The notes beneath the pieces were generated by a model. That model was not told the DNA's origin. It worked only from the letters and a program-made list of their open reading frames with translations, and made no database searches. Position numbers and translations under genes: made by a program. Below, piece after piece: positions 17,511-27,266 of a stretch of DNA of 64,000 nucleotides (its first letter is position 1; each line of letters starts with the position of its first letter). The DNA is from a bacterium (GTDB taxonomy: Bacteria; Margulisbacteria; WOR-1; O2-12-FULL-45-9; XYB2-FULL-48-7). Location: contig JBDRLW010000008.1 in assembly GCA_043812655.1 (NCBI GenBank), positions 32,001 through 96,000 of the forward strand, written 5' to 3'.

Positions 17511-18236
17511 TTATTGTAGGCCGAATATTTCGGGCAGGGTCCGTTTGTGTTCGCTAGCAGCTTGACGTTTTCTTATTAGTTCGATCTTATCTTTGGCAAT
17601 CCCTTTGTCATTACCGGAAAGGAACTGGTCGAGTTCATCGTAAGTGATCCCCATCTCACTTTCATCTGTCTGCCCTGCCCAAAGACCGGCGCTCGGCGCT
17701 TTATCAATAATTTCTTTTGTGACGCCTAATTCTTGAGCCAAAGCCCTCACGTCTTTCTTTAAAAGATTCCCTAACGGCAAAAGGTCAACTCCCCCATCGC
17801 CATATTTCGTAAAATAGCCCATTTCCAGTTCCGACCTGTTCCCCGTCCCGATCACTAAATAATTTAGTTGGCTGGCAAAATAATAAAGGGTCGTCATCCG
17901 CAGTCTTGGTTTAATGTTGGCGATACTTAGGTCTTTCTGACCGCTATATGGCTTGCCTTCAAAGACACCAAACAATGAGTCAAATGAAGTAGACAGGTCA
18001 ATCTCTTTGATTTTCAGATCAATTCGTTGCGCAAATTCTTTGGCATGATCAATATCGACCGCTAAACTGTGGCAAGGAAGAATTAACGCTAAAGTATTTT
18101 GAGGAAAAACTTTTTTGCAAAGGAGCGCCACCACCGCAGAGTCAATTCCGCCGGAAAGTCCTAAAATACAACCTTTGGCTCCGGCTGCCTCAACCTTTTG
18201 TTTGATCCAATTAGAAATTTTTTCTGATCTATTCAT
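17511..18236 (-). CDS. nadE: NH3-dependent NAD+ synthetase
   Basis: GLSGGIDS, NIKPRLRM, GYFTKYGDG, PSAGLW.GQTDE. Confidence 0.95.
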   Translation of the reverse strand: MNRSEKISNWIKQKVEAAGAKGCILGLSGGIDSAVVALLCKKVFPQNTLALILPCHSLAVDIDHAKEFAQRIDLKIKEIDLSTSFDSLFGVFEGKPYSGQKDLSIANIKPRLRMTTLYYFASQLNYLVIGTGNRSELEMGYFTKYGDGGVDLLPLGNLLKKDVRALAQELGVTKEIIDKAPSAGLWAGQTDESEMGITYDELDQFLSGNDKGIAKDKIELIRKRQAASEHKRTLPEIFGLQ

Positions 18237-19648
18237 TGTAGTAAATTATGGATCGCCTTGGCCGCCCGTTTGCCGTCGCCCATGGCGGAGATAACGGTCG
18301 CGGCGCCGCGGACAATGTCGCCTCCGGCGTAAACCGCGGGGATCGAGGTCGCACCCTCCGGAGTAATGACCACGCCTCCCCACTTTTCGGTTTTGAGATT
18401 TGGGGTACGCATCGGGACAAGCGGATTAGGAGAATTACCGATCGCCACGATCACTGTGCCAATTTGCAGTTTGAAGTTTGAGTTTGGAATCTCGACCGGC
18501 CTCCGTCGGCCGCTAGCATCGGGTTCGCCTAATTCCATCCGCAAACATTCCGCTTCAGCCACCCACCCATCACTATTAGGCAAATACTTGACCGGCAAAG
18601 TTAAATTCTTAAAAATTATCCCCTCTTCTTCCGCCCGTTTTACCTCTTCGATCCTGGCCGGCATCTCTGCCTGGGTCCGCCTATATATAATGTAAACTTC
18701 TTTGGCCCCCAAGCGAAGAGATACCCTGGCCGCGTCCATCGCCACGTTGCCGCCGCCAACAACCGCGACTTTTTCACCGACTTTGACCGGCGTTAAATAT
18801 TCGGGGAACTTATAGGCCTTCATCATGTTGACCCGAAAAAGATATTCATTAGCGGAGTAAACCCCCTGGAGATTCTCGCCGGGAATATTCATGAATTTTG
18901 GCAAGCCGGCACCCGAGCCGATAAACACTGCTTGATAATTTTTTAACAATTCTTCGATCGTTAAGACATTACCGATCAGCATGTCAGTTTCAACTTTAAC
19001 CCCAAGTGTTTTAACATATTCAACTTCAAGATTCACGATCTCTTTGGGCAAACGGAATTGCGGGATCCCGTATGTCAAAACGCCGCCCGTTACGTGAAGC
19101 GATTCAAAGATCGTCACTTGATACCCTAACCTAGCTAGATCGCCAGCGCACGTTAACCCCGCCGGCCCCGACCCGATTACTGCAACCCTCACCCCGTCAC
19201 TCACTTCGTTCGTGCCACCCCTCTCCACTTTGTGGAGAGGGGAATGAATTCCGACGAAGTCGGAAGAAAGGGGTGAGGCCTTGTCCGCCACAAACCTCTC
19301 TAGGCTCCCGATCGCGATCGGCTCGCCCTTAACGCCCAACACACACTTTGCCTCGCATTGTTCTTCTTGGGGACAAACTCTACCGCAAACAGCGGGGAGA
19401 GCATTGGTCTCTTTAATTTTTTTCGCCGCTCCGGCAAAATCTCCTTGGGCCGCTAATTTTAGAAATCCGGGAATATCGACTTCGACTGGACAGCCGCTAA
19501 CGCAAAGCGGTTTCTTGCATTGGATGCATCTTTTAGCTTCAGCGATCGCTTGTTCTACGGTAAAGCCTTGCGGCACTTCCTCAAAATCACGGATCCGCTC
19601 CGCTACCCCCCGCTCCGCCATATGTTGTCTTTTTGGTTTTTCAATCAT
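18233..19648 (-). CDS. nfnB: NfnB/SudA-type NADPH oxidoreductase (homotetrameric GltA-like)
   Basis: RCIQC..P.C..GCP Fe-S motif, GSGPAG, GGGNVA; adjacent to an nfnA-like gene. Confidence 0.85.
   Translation of the reverse strand: MIEKPKRQHMAERGVAERIRDFEEVPQGFTVEQAIAEAKRCIQCKKPLCVSGCPVEVDIPGFLKLAAQGDFAGAAKKIKETNALPAVCGRVCPQEEQCEAKCVLGVKGEPIAIGSLERFVADKASPLSSDFVGIHSPLHKVERGGTNEVSDGVRVAVIGSGPAGLTCAGDLARLGYQVTIFESLHVTGGVLTYGIPQFRLPKEIVNLEVEYVKTLGVKVETDMLIGNVLTIEELLKNYQAVFIGSGAGLPKFMNIPGENLQGVYSANEYLFRVNMMKAYKFPEYLTPVKVGEKVAVVGGGNVAMDAARVSLRLGAKEVYIIYRRTQAEMPARIEEVKRAEEEGIIFKNLTLPVKYLPNSDGWVAEAECLRMELGEPDASGRRRPVEIPNSNFKLQIGTVIVAIGNSPNPLVPMRTPNLKTEKWGGVVITPEGATSIPAVYAGGDIVRGAATVISAMGDGKRAAKAIHNLLQ
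19186..19279. repeat. CCCTCACCC-family palindromic element, in-frame within nfnB
   Basis: CCCTCACCCC...CCCCTCTCCAC-TTT-GTGGAGAGGGG...GGGGTGAGG. Confidence 0.8.
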
Positions 19649-19662
19649 TTTACTTTTTTATA

Positions 19663-19788
19663 CCCTCACCCAGTACCGCTGAACCTTTCCCCCTCTCCCA
19701 AAGGGAGAGGGTAATTCCCTTTTCCTCTCCGCGTTTTACCTTCTCCCTCTGGGAGAAGGGGGCGTCTTTTGCGCCAGCGGATGAGGGC
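19663..19788. repeat. CCCTCACCC-family element, empty intergenic copy
   Basis: Terminal inverted repeats plus two CCYTCTCCC-N3-GGGAGARGG hairpins; close match to the reverse complement of 60799-60927. Confidence 0.85.
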
Positions 19789-19790
19789 TA

Positions 19791-20624
19791 TTATAATCCC
19801 AACAGCTTGCACACATGGTCCGAGGCTCTCTTTTCCACATCCTTAAACCCGCGCAGCCTGGCTGTTAACTCATTAAAATCAACTTCGTGCCCGTCAAACT
19901 CCGGCCCGTCAACACAGGCAAATTTTATCTTGCCGCCGACGGTAACCCGGCATACCCCGCACATCCCGGTCGCGTCAAGCATTAAAGGGTTAAGTGAAAC
20001 GACAGTCTTGATCCCAAAAGGTTTGGTCACATCACAACAAACTTTCATCATCGGCACCGGCCCAACGGCCACCACTTCGTCAATCTTTTTGCCGGAAGCT
20101 ATCAAGTCTTTTAGCACATCAGAAACGAATCCCTTGCGCCCGTATGACCCATCGTCCGTTGTAACCAACAACTTCGCACTAATGACTGACAGCTCGTTTT
20201 CATAAATCAAGAGAGCTTTATTCCTCGCCCCGATAATTGTAATGACTTCAGTCCCGGCATTTTTCAACGCTTTGACTAAAGGATATATTTCAGCGATCCC
20301 AACCCCGCCGCCGATCACCACCACGCAACCATTTTCAACTATATGCGAAGGGGTGCCGAGCGGACCTAAAAGATGTGCGAGCTCATCCCCAGCTTTTAAG
20401 GAATTCAACACCTGGGTCGTCCCCCCAACGATCTGGAAAATAATCGTAATGGTCCCAGCCGTTAAATCGCTGTCGGCGATCGTTAATGGGATCCGTTCGG
20501 CTGTCTCCGTTGGGACAACAATGACAAACTGCCCCGCCTTTGCCGACTTGGCAATATGAGGCGCTTCGATCGTTACCCGGGAAATTGTTTCGTTGATCTT
20601 TTCCTTTTTTACTATTTTAGCCAT
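19791..20624 (-). CDS. nfnA: NfnA/SudB-type FAD/NAD-binding 2Fe-2S electron-transfer subunit
   Basis: ERIPLTIAD, GGGVG, DATGMCGVCRV...CVDGPEFDG; start ATG 20624. Confidence 0.88.
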   Translation of the reverse strand: MAKIVKKEKINETISRVTIEAPHIAKSAKAGQFVIVVPTETAERIPLTIADSDLTAGTITIIFQIVGGTTQVLNSLKAGDELAHLLGPLGTPSHIVENGCVVVIGGGVGIAEIYPLVKALKNAGTEVITIIGARNKALLIYENELSVISAKLLVTTDDGSYGRKGFVSDVLKDLIASGKKIDEVVAVGPVPMMKVCCDVTKPFGIKTVVSLNPLMLDATGMCGVCRVTVGGKIKFACVDGPEFDGHEVDFNELTARLRGFKDVEKRASDHVCKLLGL

Positions 20625-20649
20625 TTGTTTAGATTTGATTATAACAGAA

Positions 20650-21561
20650 TCAATATCTTGGGACAAACATCCGCCTTTGTCTGGCGGCATCTTGGAAATT
20701 GATCCTTTTATCTTCACCTTTACTCGATAATATTTCCGTTTGAAAAGAGATGGAAAACACATTATTGATCGCACCTGTAATATTGTCTCTAAAATAGGCG
20801 GCGTAATCAAAGTTATACCCTCCTAACTCAACTCCTACTCCATAAGTCCTCAGATTTTGATCAAACCCCGCCCTTAGCGCCAAGATCTTCATAGGCTGCC
20901 ACTCGATCCCAGAATAACTAATTGGCGTTTGGTCTTTAATGGTCGGAAAACTGTCTTGGGCAAAATATAACTTTAAATCCTGTCCAGCCAACTCTTTTAG
21001 AGAATTTTTCTGGCCTAAAAGGTTGACCACTGCTCCATTTTTCCAAACAGCCGGGTGGCCAGTCATTTCGATCGATTTTTGAATGGCTGTACCAAATGTT
21101 AACCACCGGTTTAATTTAAAAATTAGTCCTAAGTCCAGCTCTTTGCCAACCCCCCCCCCATGATCCTTGTAACTGATCCCTGCCATAAATCTCTTAAGTT
21201 CAACGCTATAAGCTAAAATCGCGGCCTTATTATCGTAGTTGCCCGACTGGCCCGAAGCAGTAAGGCCCGCACTAAAAATCCCGTAATCTGTCGGGTAAGC
21301 TGTCGCAATGGTCAGATAACGATAATCATTAGGCAGATCTCCATATAATAAACAGCTTTGCCATTTAGTGATCGCTGCTATTCCAGCCGGATTGGAATAA
21401 AGCGCGCCAACATCGTCAACTTGTCCCACAAAAGCTTTCCCCAACCCCAAGGCTCTGGCACTTAAAGGAAAAGTAGCGGGATCGGGGACTTTAGTTTGCG
21501 CCAATGAAATTACAGAAGTAAAAATAAATAATGTTAAGACAACAAAAAAGCTTTTTTTCAT
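20650..21561 (-). CDS. Outer-membrane beta-barrel protein (PorV/UPF0164-like)
   Basis: Signal peptide, SARALGLGKAF...NPAG, LALRAG, FDYA. Confidence 0.65.
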   Translation of the reverse strand: MKKSFFVVLTLFIFTSVISLAQTKVPDPATFPLSARALGLGKAFVGQVDDVGALYSNPAGIAAITKWQSCLLYGDLPNDYRYLTIATAYPTDYGIFSAGLTASGQSGNYDNKAAILAYSVELKRFMAGISYKDHGGGVGKELDLGLIFKLNRWLTFGTAIQKSIEMTGHPAVWKNGAVVNLLGQKNSLKELAGQDLKLYFAQDSFPTIKDQTPISYSGIEWQPMKILALRAGFDQNLRTYGVGVELGGYNFDYAAYFRDNITGAINNVFSISFQTEILSSKGEDKRINFQDAARQRRMFVPRY

Positions 21562-21565
21562 CCGG

Positions 21566-23086
21566 TTAGTTTACTTTAATTTTATATTTTCCGATCTTAT
21601 AACCCAACATCCTTTCGGTGATCCCCAGCGCTTTAGCCGCTTTACGCTGGCTTTTATATTTCCCAAGCGCTTTTTCGATCCGCTGTTTTTCGATCGCTTC
21701 AACGATCTGCGGGAGCGTCGCCCCTTCCGGCTGGATGTCTTCTTCTTTTTTGATCGAAATAGTGGCCGGCAAATATCGCGGCGTGATCACATCTTCATCG
21801 CAGATCACGACCGCTCGCTCAATGATATTTTCCAGTTCCCGGACATTCCCGGGAAAATCGTATTTCACCAAAATATCTAGGGCCGCGCGGTTGAGCCCTT
21901 TTATTTTTTTCTTATTCTCCTTATTATATTTATGGACGAAATGGTCGGAGAGCAAGGGAACATCTTCGCTCCGTTCACGTAAAGGCGGTAGTATGACGGG
22001 AAAAACATTGATCCGGTAATAAAGATCTTCCCGGAATTTGCCTTGTTTTACCATTTCGGTCAAGTTGCGGTGGGTCGCGCAAATTACCCGGACATTGATC
22101 TTGATCGTTTCGTTGCCACCGAGACGCTCAAATTCTTTTTCCTGCAAGATCCGCAACAGTTTGACCTGGGTCGCTAAGGTCAAGTCGCCAATCTCATCAA
22201 GGAAAAGCGTCCCTTCATTAGCCAATTCAAACCGCCCCTTCCGCCGCTCGGTCGCGCCGGTAAATGCCCCTTTTTCATAGCCAAAAAGTTCCGCTTCGAG
22301 CAAATTCTCCGGCAGCGCGGCGCAAGCGACTTTAATGAATGGTTTATCGGTCCGGCCGCTCGAGTAATGGATCGCCGACGCGACTAATTCTTTCCCGGTC
22401 CCCGATTCGCCAAGGAGCAGGACCGTCGCCTGGCTGTCAGCCACTTGCATCGCTGAAACCAACATCGTTTCCATGATCCGCGAACTGTACACTATATTTC
22501 CAAACTGATATTTCCCTTTTAATTCCCGACGGAGTTTGATATTCTCCGAAACGACCGCCTGCTTATCAAGCAGCGCTAATTCCCTTACCCGCACCGCCTG
22601 CCCCACCATCGCCGCAATGATCGTTAAAAGCTTAATGTCTTCTTCGTAAGAAATATTCCCTTTAAAAAGATGGTCAACTGAAAGGGCGCCAATAGTTTTA
22701 TTTCCCGCTTTGATCGGCACACAAAGGAAGGCAAATTTTCTCTCCTGCAAATTCCGCCGCGCCTGGGTCCGGTTCAAAAAAAGTGGGTCAGCTTCAATAT
22801 TTGGAATAACCATCGGTTCACCCGTCGCTACCACCCGGCCGGTGATCCCTTCGCCGATCTTATAGCGGCCCCGCTCTTTTTCTTCTTTTGTTAGCCCGTG
22901 CGCAACTTCGATCCGCAGTTCGTTAGTTCCAGGCGTGGTTAAAGTGATCGTCCCCCGCTCCATTTCCAGCGAATCGGCCAAAACCTTTAGGATCGAATCA
23001 AGTGTTTCGGGCAGGTCAAGCGAAGTCGACAGCGCGGTACTAATATCAACTAAAACCTTAACTTTAATATCTCTGGTCGGACTCAT
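21566..23086 (-). CDS. NifA-like sigma-54 enhancer-binding protein (GAF-AAA+-HTH)
   Basis: N-terminal GAF (GEGITGRV), GESGTGKE, GAFTGA, FLDEIG, PGNVREL, Fis-type HTH. Confidence 0.92.
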   Translation of the reverse strand: MSPTRDIKVKVLVDISTALSTSLDLPETLDSILKVLADSLEMERGTITLTTPGTNELRIEVAHGLTKEEKERGRYKIGEGITGRVVATGEPMVIPNIEADPLFLNRTQARRNLQERKFAFLCVPIKAGNKTIGALSVDHLFKGNISYEEDIKLLTIIAAMVGQAVRVRELALLDKQAVVSENIKLRRELKGKYQFGNIVYSSRIMETMLVSAMQVADSQATVLLLGESGTGKELVASAIHYSSGRTDKPFIKVACAALPENLLEAELFGYEKGAFTGATERRKGRFELANEGTLFLDEIGDLTLATQVKLLRILQEKEFERLGGNETIKINVRVICATHRNLTEMVKQGKFREDLYYRINVFPVILPPLRERSEDVPLLSDHFVHKYNKENKKKIKGLNRAALDILVKYDFPGNVRELENIIERAVVICDEDVITPRYLPATISIKKEEDIQPEGATLPQIVEAIEKQRIEKALGKYKSQRKAAKALGITERMLGYKIGKYKIKVN

Positions 23087-23167
23087 ACAATATTGTATCC
23101 TTATACATTATTGTAGCAAACAACACGCCGGGTAGCAATGTTTTGAAGGCTAGATTCTATTTTTTAA

Positions 23168-23614
23168 TTAAAGCCCATTATCCTTCCTAATCCTCTGGAT
23201 ATATTTGCGTTCAACAAGTTTGCTAGCCAACACTTTTTGGATAATATTTTTCAGCCGATCGGCCGATAAATTACCCAGGACATGAAGTTGATGAAGGTTA
23301 TAATTATTTTGCAATTCTATAATATCTAATTCGAAAACACGATTTGGCTGGATATAGGTCTCCCTTTCAAACGCTCCTTCCTGGCCGGCCGCGATACAAA
23401 CATCATCGCCGCGATAATGGCGGTTATGGTCGTCAATCGGCGTTGTGGTTGCTATTGTTGCCAGAACTGTTCGCAAATCAGCCGCCGTCAAAATTATCAA
23501 ACGCTTAAAGTGGCTTTCGCCGTCTGGAAAATAAACCAGGGTTCGAATGACGCAACCAGGAGCCAGCCACTCCAGCAATGCCTTGTCAGTAACTTTTTTA
23601 GGCAGGTCAAGCAT
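23168..23614 (-). CDS. Putative toxin, PemK/MazF-like fold suspected
   Basis: Overlaps the antitoxin stop; PGxVI...KRLIIL...TT...TYI...LG.L pattern. Confidence 0.45.
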   Translation of the reverse strand: MLDLPKKVTDKALLEWLAPGCVIRTLVYFPDGESHFKRLIILTAADLRTVLATIATTTPIDDHNRHYRGDDVCIAAGQEGAFERETYIQPNRVFELDIIELQNNYNLHQLHVLGNLSADRLKNIIQKVLASKLVERKYIQRIRKDNGL

Positions 23615-24164
23615 TTTTGGAGAAAAGGTGGGTCAGGGCTTTATTGTTGTCGCTGTCTTCTTTCAATATTTCAACCAAAGCCTTTTTCCTCTCTGCCGGT
23701 AATTCATCAATCATGTCATACGCTGATATTTCTCCATGTTCGCTGGCGTTTTGCCAGGAGTTTTCTTTGTGGCTGATATCAACCAAGCGGCTGGATGTAT
23801 AACGGCCATACTCGTTAATGACTCTTTGGATAATTATTGTTTCTGATTCGGACAGCTCTTTTAAATCCGGCTTATTTTTGCATTTAATCGTCCGGTTTTT
23901 ATCGCTGCCAATAATAAGATACCGCCGCAAATACGCCTCTTCTTCTTTAAACAGGTTGCCTCTTTCGTTAATAATATCCAAAACCTGGGAAGGGATCGGG
24001 CCAAGCGGCAATTTAAAATAGATATCGCCAGTAACAAATCTGCCATATTCGATTAAATGCAGTTTATCGATGTAATACAATAATTTACAGGCCTTTAATT
24101 TATCAATTGGCCCAAGCTCATCAGCCAAACAGCCTAAAACCGCTACCACTTTTCTTATGTTCAT
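23607..24164 (-). CDS. Panacea (DUF4065/SocA-like) domain antitoxin
   Basis: KLKACKLLYYID..H...G..VTG..Y.KLPLGPIP and L..ISHKE..W. Confidence 0.82.
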   Translation of the reverse strand: MNIRKVVAVLGCLADELGPIDKLKACKLLYYIDKLHLIEYGRFVTGDIYFKLPLGPIPSQVLDIINERGNLFKEEEAYLRRYLIIGSDKNRTIKCKNKPDLKELSESETIIIQRVINEYGRYTSSRLVDISHKENSWQNASEHGEISAYDMIDELPAERKKALVEILKEDSDNNKALTHLFSKNA

Positions 24165-24176
24165 TGCCGCTCCCTC

Positions 24177-27100
24177 CTATTTTTTATTGTCATTATAGAC
24201 CTTCATCCCTTCCTTCACCACCCCAACATTATCAATCTCCCCCATAATCCTATCCGTTTCAGTCAACGCCACAATAATCTTCTGATAATGCTCAATATCG
24301 CTATTGGTTAATGTCCTTCCCTTGCGGTCTTTGAGCCATTTTTGCGCCGGCTGGTAGCCGCCAATATAGAAATGCCAGGCAACTTCCGGCACTTTGCCAA
24401 AATATTGGTCTTTATTAATAAAGACTTTGCCGTCTTTATAAGCTATCTTCTCAGTTGCATTGGTTCCAGCGACTGGATACGTCGTTATAAAGTTATTTAC
24501 TTTGGGCGATTCAAGGAGGTGCAATGAGCGCAATTCTGTTCCAAGTTCGGCCAGAGCTTTAAATGTTTTAGCATCGTTAGGATACGGCACACGAGGAAAA
24601 TCACTCTTCAAAAACTCTTTAAACTTTGTTCGATAAGCTGGCGAGTGTAAAACTGCGTAAATATAGTCAAGAATGTTTTCTGGGGAAACAGCACCTATAC
24701 TTTTTTCTATTTCATCAAGAACTTCCTTTTTAAAGTTTGGAGATTTACTTCCATCTTCTTTAAAAATATAAAGTGGAAAAACCTGTTCGCCTCCACGATA
24801 AAAGCAATTAAGATCAACAATGCTATCTATAACAAAAGCAACATTCCATTCCATCGAACCGACAGCTTGTCCTTGACGCCCTACAGCAAGGCCTAAATTA
24901 TGCCCTTTTAGAAAATTAGTCATCAATTTAATTCTTGGCCGCCAAATCAATTTGCTATCAAAATATGTATATTGCCGGTCAAATGGCCGGTAGATAATTG
25001 GAACAAGCTTGTCTTGTTCAAAAATAATATCCTTTTTGTTCCCTGCTATCCATTTAGAATAATTTTTCCCAAGGTCATATTGCTCATTCATTGTGCTTTC
25101 GGAAATATTTTCGGATAGATAGTTTTCAATTCGTCTACTTAATATATCCCTATCCATATTAATAATAAAACCATCACCTAAAGTAAACACACCGGTTGTG
25201 CTTTCCACAAAAAAATCATTCAAATTAAACCCTTGTTGATATTCCACTTCAAGCTTTCCCGACCCTTCCGAGGCAAAAACAAGATTTGGCTGGCGCGATT
25301 CCAATTGTACCCATTCAGCTTTTCCCACTGAAAGATCATTAAGAAGTTTAAATTTATTTTCGCGATCACCCCAAATATCAAGTCGATATATTTTTGCGAG
25401 ATCGCCTTTCTTTTTCTTCCCAGTTTTTACCGCCAACATAATTGCCACTCCCTGTTGTATGGCAAAGACATTTTCATCTTTACTCCCGTCTGGCGCAACT
25501 TCTTTTTTCTTAGCGTTCCCGTGAAGATCAATAACATAAATAGAATCAAATGTATCCATAAGATGCCAGCGCATCCCACGAAAGGTCGGGTTATCCAAGT
25601 ATCCATGATTGGTAATAAAACCAACAACACCCTCCCCGTTCTTCGCGATCATATCTTCAGCAAAGGCAATAAACTTTACATAATCATCATTAAGCCAATG
25701 TTTCCGCTCTTGGAGTTTTTGCTTGCCTCCAGGCTCAACTTTATACTTAGCAACCAGGCTATTGGCATAATCTGTTTCATTTGAAGAAACACCAGAATAC
25801 GGCGGATTGCCGATCACTACCATGATCGGCATCTCGTTTTTGATCTTGCTTGCTTCCTTAGCTTCTTCGGCAATACTTTCGGCCAATCCAAAAGAAAACA
25901 TGGTTTGCTGGGCTTCGCCAGCTTCCAAAGAATTGGTCAGATAGATTCCCAACCGCCGATGAAATTTCCAAAAGCCGGTCTTCTTAAAAGCCAGGCTTAA
26001 TTTCAAATGCGCGATCGTGTACGGAGTCATCATCAGTTCAAACCCGTGCAGTCGAGGTAAAAGGTCATTGTGGACATAAGCCGGCCAGCGCCCATCCTGC
26101 CCCTGCTTTTTAAGCCTGCCATAAATAAGATTGATCGCCGCGCTGATAAAGGTCCCTGTTCCCACCGCCGGATCAAGGATTTGCACCCGGTGCTTGTTGT
26201 TTGGCAGTTTTGAAGTGTCGGCTAAGCCGCCAGCTAAGCCAAACTCATTTTTCAGGATATGATCAACCGATCGGACGATAAAATTAACCACCGGCAAAGG
26301 AGTATAATATGCCCCCATCCTCTTGCGCAGTTCAGGATCGTATTCCCTTAGAAAATCCTCATAAAAATGGATAACAGGATCAGCATCCCTTAAATAATCC
26401 TCAAGCAACTGTTTTATATTGGAATGCAGGAAAACAACACAAAGTTCATCAACAATATAGCTCAATCGCTTGTCAAAACTTGGTCCGGCAATGTGGTCAA
26501 AAAAATGCCGCAAAAATGGGTTTGAGGCTGGCACCAGGTCGCGCGCCTCCTGGCGGGAAAAAGTATCAGACGTTTCATCATAATAGCGGGCCACAAACAG
26601 GCCATAGACTAGCGTTTGGGCGTACATGTCGGCAAATGATTCAAACGTCAGGTCATGGACCAGCATTTTCTTGATCGCTTCATACACCCTAACCAGCTCG
26701 CCATTTTTTTCCGACTCGAGCGTCAAATAATGCAGGATATTATCCCTGATCCTCTGCGCCTTGCCACCCATTATTTTAGCCAGGTGTTCGCCTGATTTTA
26801 TCGGCTCTTTATGCGACTGGGCAAAATCCAGCAGTGTTTTCGCTGCGTGTTCGTAATTTTCCGGCAGTAGCGTGATCACGCGATCCTTTAGATCATAGGT
26901 CGCTATTTTTATGGATTCATTATAACGCTTGCCATTTCGATAAAAACGAAATTCCAAGTAATCGGTCAAAACCAGGTTAGCATAACCAAAATATCTGGCC
27001 ATTTGCTCCGATTTTTCCACTTTATCCAAAGAGACGCCAATATCTTTTGTTTCTATATAAAGAATCGGCACTTCATTATATAAAATAAAATCCGGCCGGT

Positions 27101-27266
27101 TTCCCTCATTAGCCTTTGGGTCATTATCAATCCTTTTAACCTTAATAGATTCAAAAATCCCCTTCAGTAATATTTCAAAATCAGCGCGGTATCCCATTTC
27201 GCTGGTTTCTTCATGCGAAAACTTTTCCGAGACTGATTTAAGGTATTTAGCTACTATTTCTTTCAT
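24177..27266 (-). CDS. Single-polypeptide restriction-modification enzyme (N6-adenine MTase with type-ISP-like C-terminal specificity domain)
   Basis: RPDF...IETK nuclease-like motif, ILDPAVGTGTF, GNPPY, YRPFD, IGGYQ...KWLKDRKGR; no helicase. Confidence 0.88.
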   Translation of the reverse strand: MKEIVAKYLKSVSEKFSHEETSEMGYRADFEILLKGIFESIKVKRIDNDPKANEGNRPDFILYNEVPILYIETKDIGVSLDKVEKSEQMARYFGYANLVLTDYLEFRFYRNGKRYNESIKIATYDLKDRVITLLPENYEHAAKTLLDFAQSHKEPIKSGEHLAKIMGGKAQRIRDNILHYLTLESEKNGELVRVYEAIKKMLVHDLTFESFADMYAQTLVYGLFVARYYDETSDTFSRQEARDLVPASNPFLRHFFDHIAGPSFDKRLSYIVDELCVVFLHSNIKQLLEDYLRDADPVIHFYEDFLREYDPELRKRMGAYYTPLPVVNFIVRSVDHILKNEFGLAGGLADTSKLPNNKHRVQILDPAVGTGTFISAAINLIYGRLKKQGQDGRWPAYVHNDLLPRLHGFELMMTPYTIAHLKLSLAFKKTGFWKFHRRLGIYLTNSLEAGEAQQTMFSFGLAESIAEEAKEASKIKNEMPIMVVIGNPPYSGVSSNETDYANSLVAKYKVEPGGKQKLQERKHWLNDDYVKFIAFAEDMIAKNGEGVVGFITNHGYLDNPTFRGMRWHLMDTFDSIYVIDLHGNAKKKEVAPDGSKDENVFAIQQGVAIMLAVKTGKKKKGDLAKIYRLDIWGDRENKFKLLNDLSVGKAEWVQLESRQPNLVFASEGSGKLEVEYQQGFNLNDFFVESTTGVFTLGDGFIINMDRDILSRRIENYLSENISESTMNEQYDLGKNYSKWIAGNKKDIIFEQDKLVPIIYRPFDRQYTYFDSKLIWRPRIKLMTNFLKGHNLGLAVGRQGQAVGSMEWNVAFVIDSIVDLNCFYRGGEQVFPLYIFKEDGSKSPNFKKEVLDEIEKSIGAVSPENILDYIYAVLHSPAYRTKFKEFLKSDFPRVPYPNDAKTFKALAELGTELRSLHLLESPKVNNFITTYPVAGTNATEKIAYKDGKVFINKDQYFGKVPEVAWHFYIGGYQPAQKWLKDRKGRTLTNSDIEHYQKIIVALTETDRIMGEIDNVGVVKEGMKVYNDNKK

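Noticed and set aside
18233..19648. Second gltD
   Set aside because: It is paired with an NfnA/SudB-like gene, and a true gltD follows gltB.
19633..20205. Plus-strand 190-aa ORF and the many other antisense ORFs in the track
   Set aside because: Shadows of well-supported minus-strand genes or translations of repeats; no motifs recognised.
21566..23086. Nitrogen fixation inferred from the NifA-like gene and nifS/nifU-like genes
   Set aside because: No nifHDK in the window; iscS/iscU sit with mnmA as housekeeping genes.
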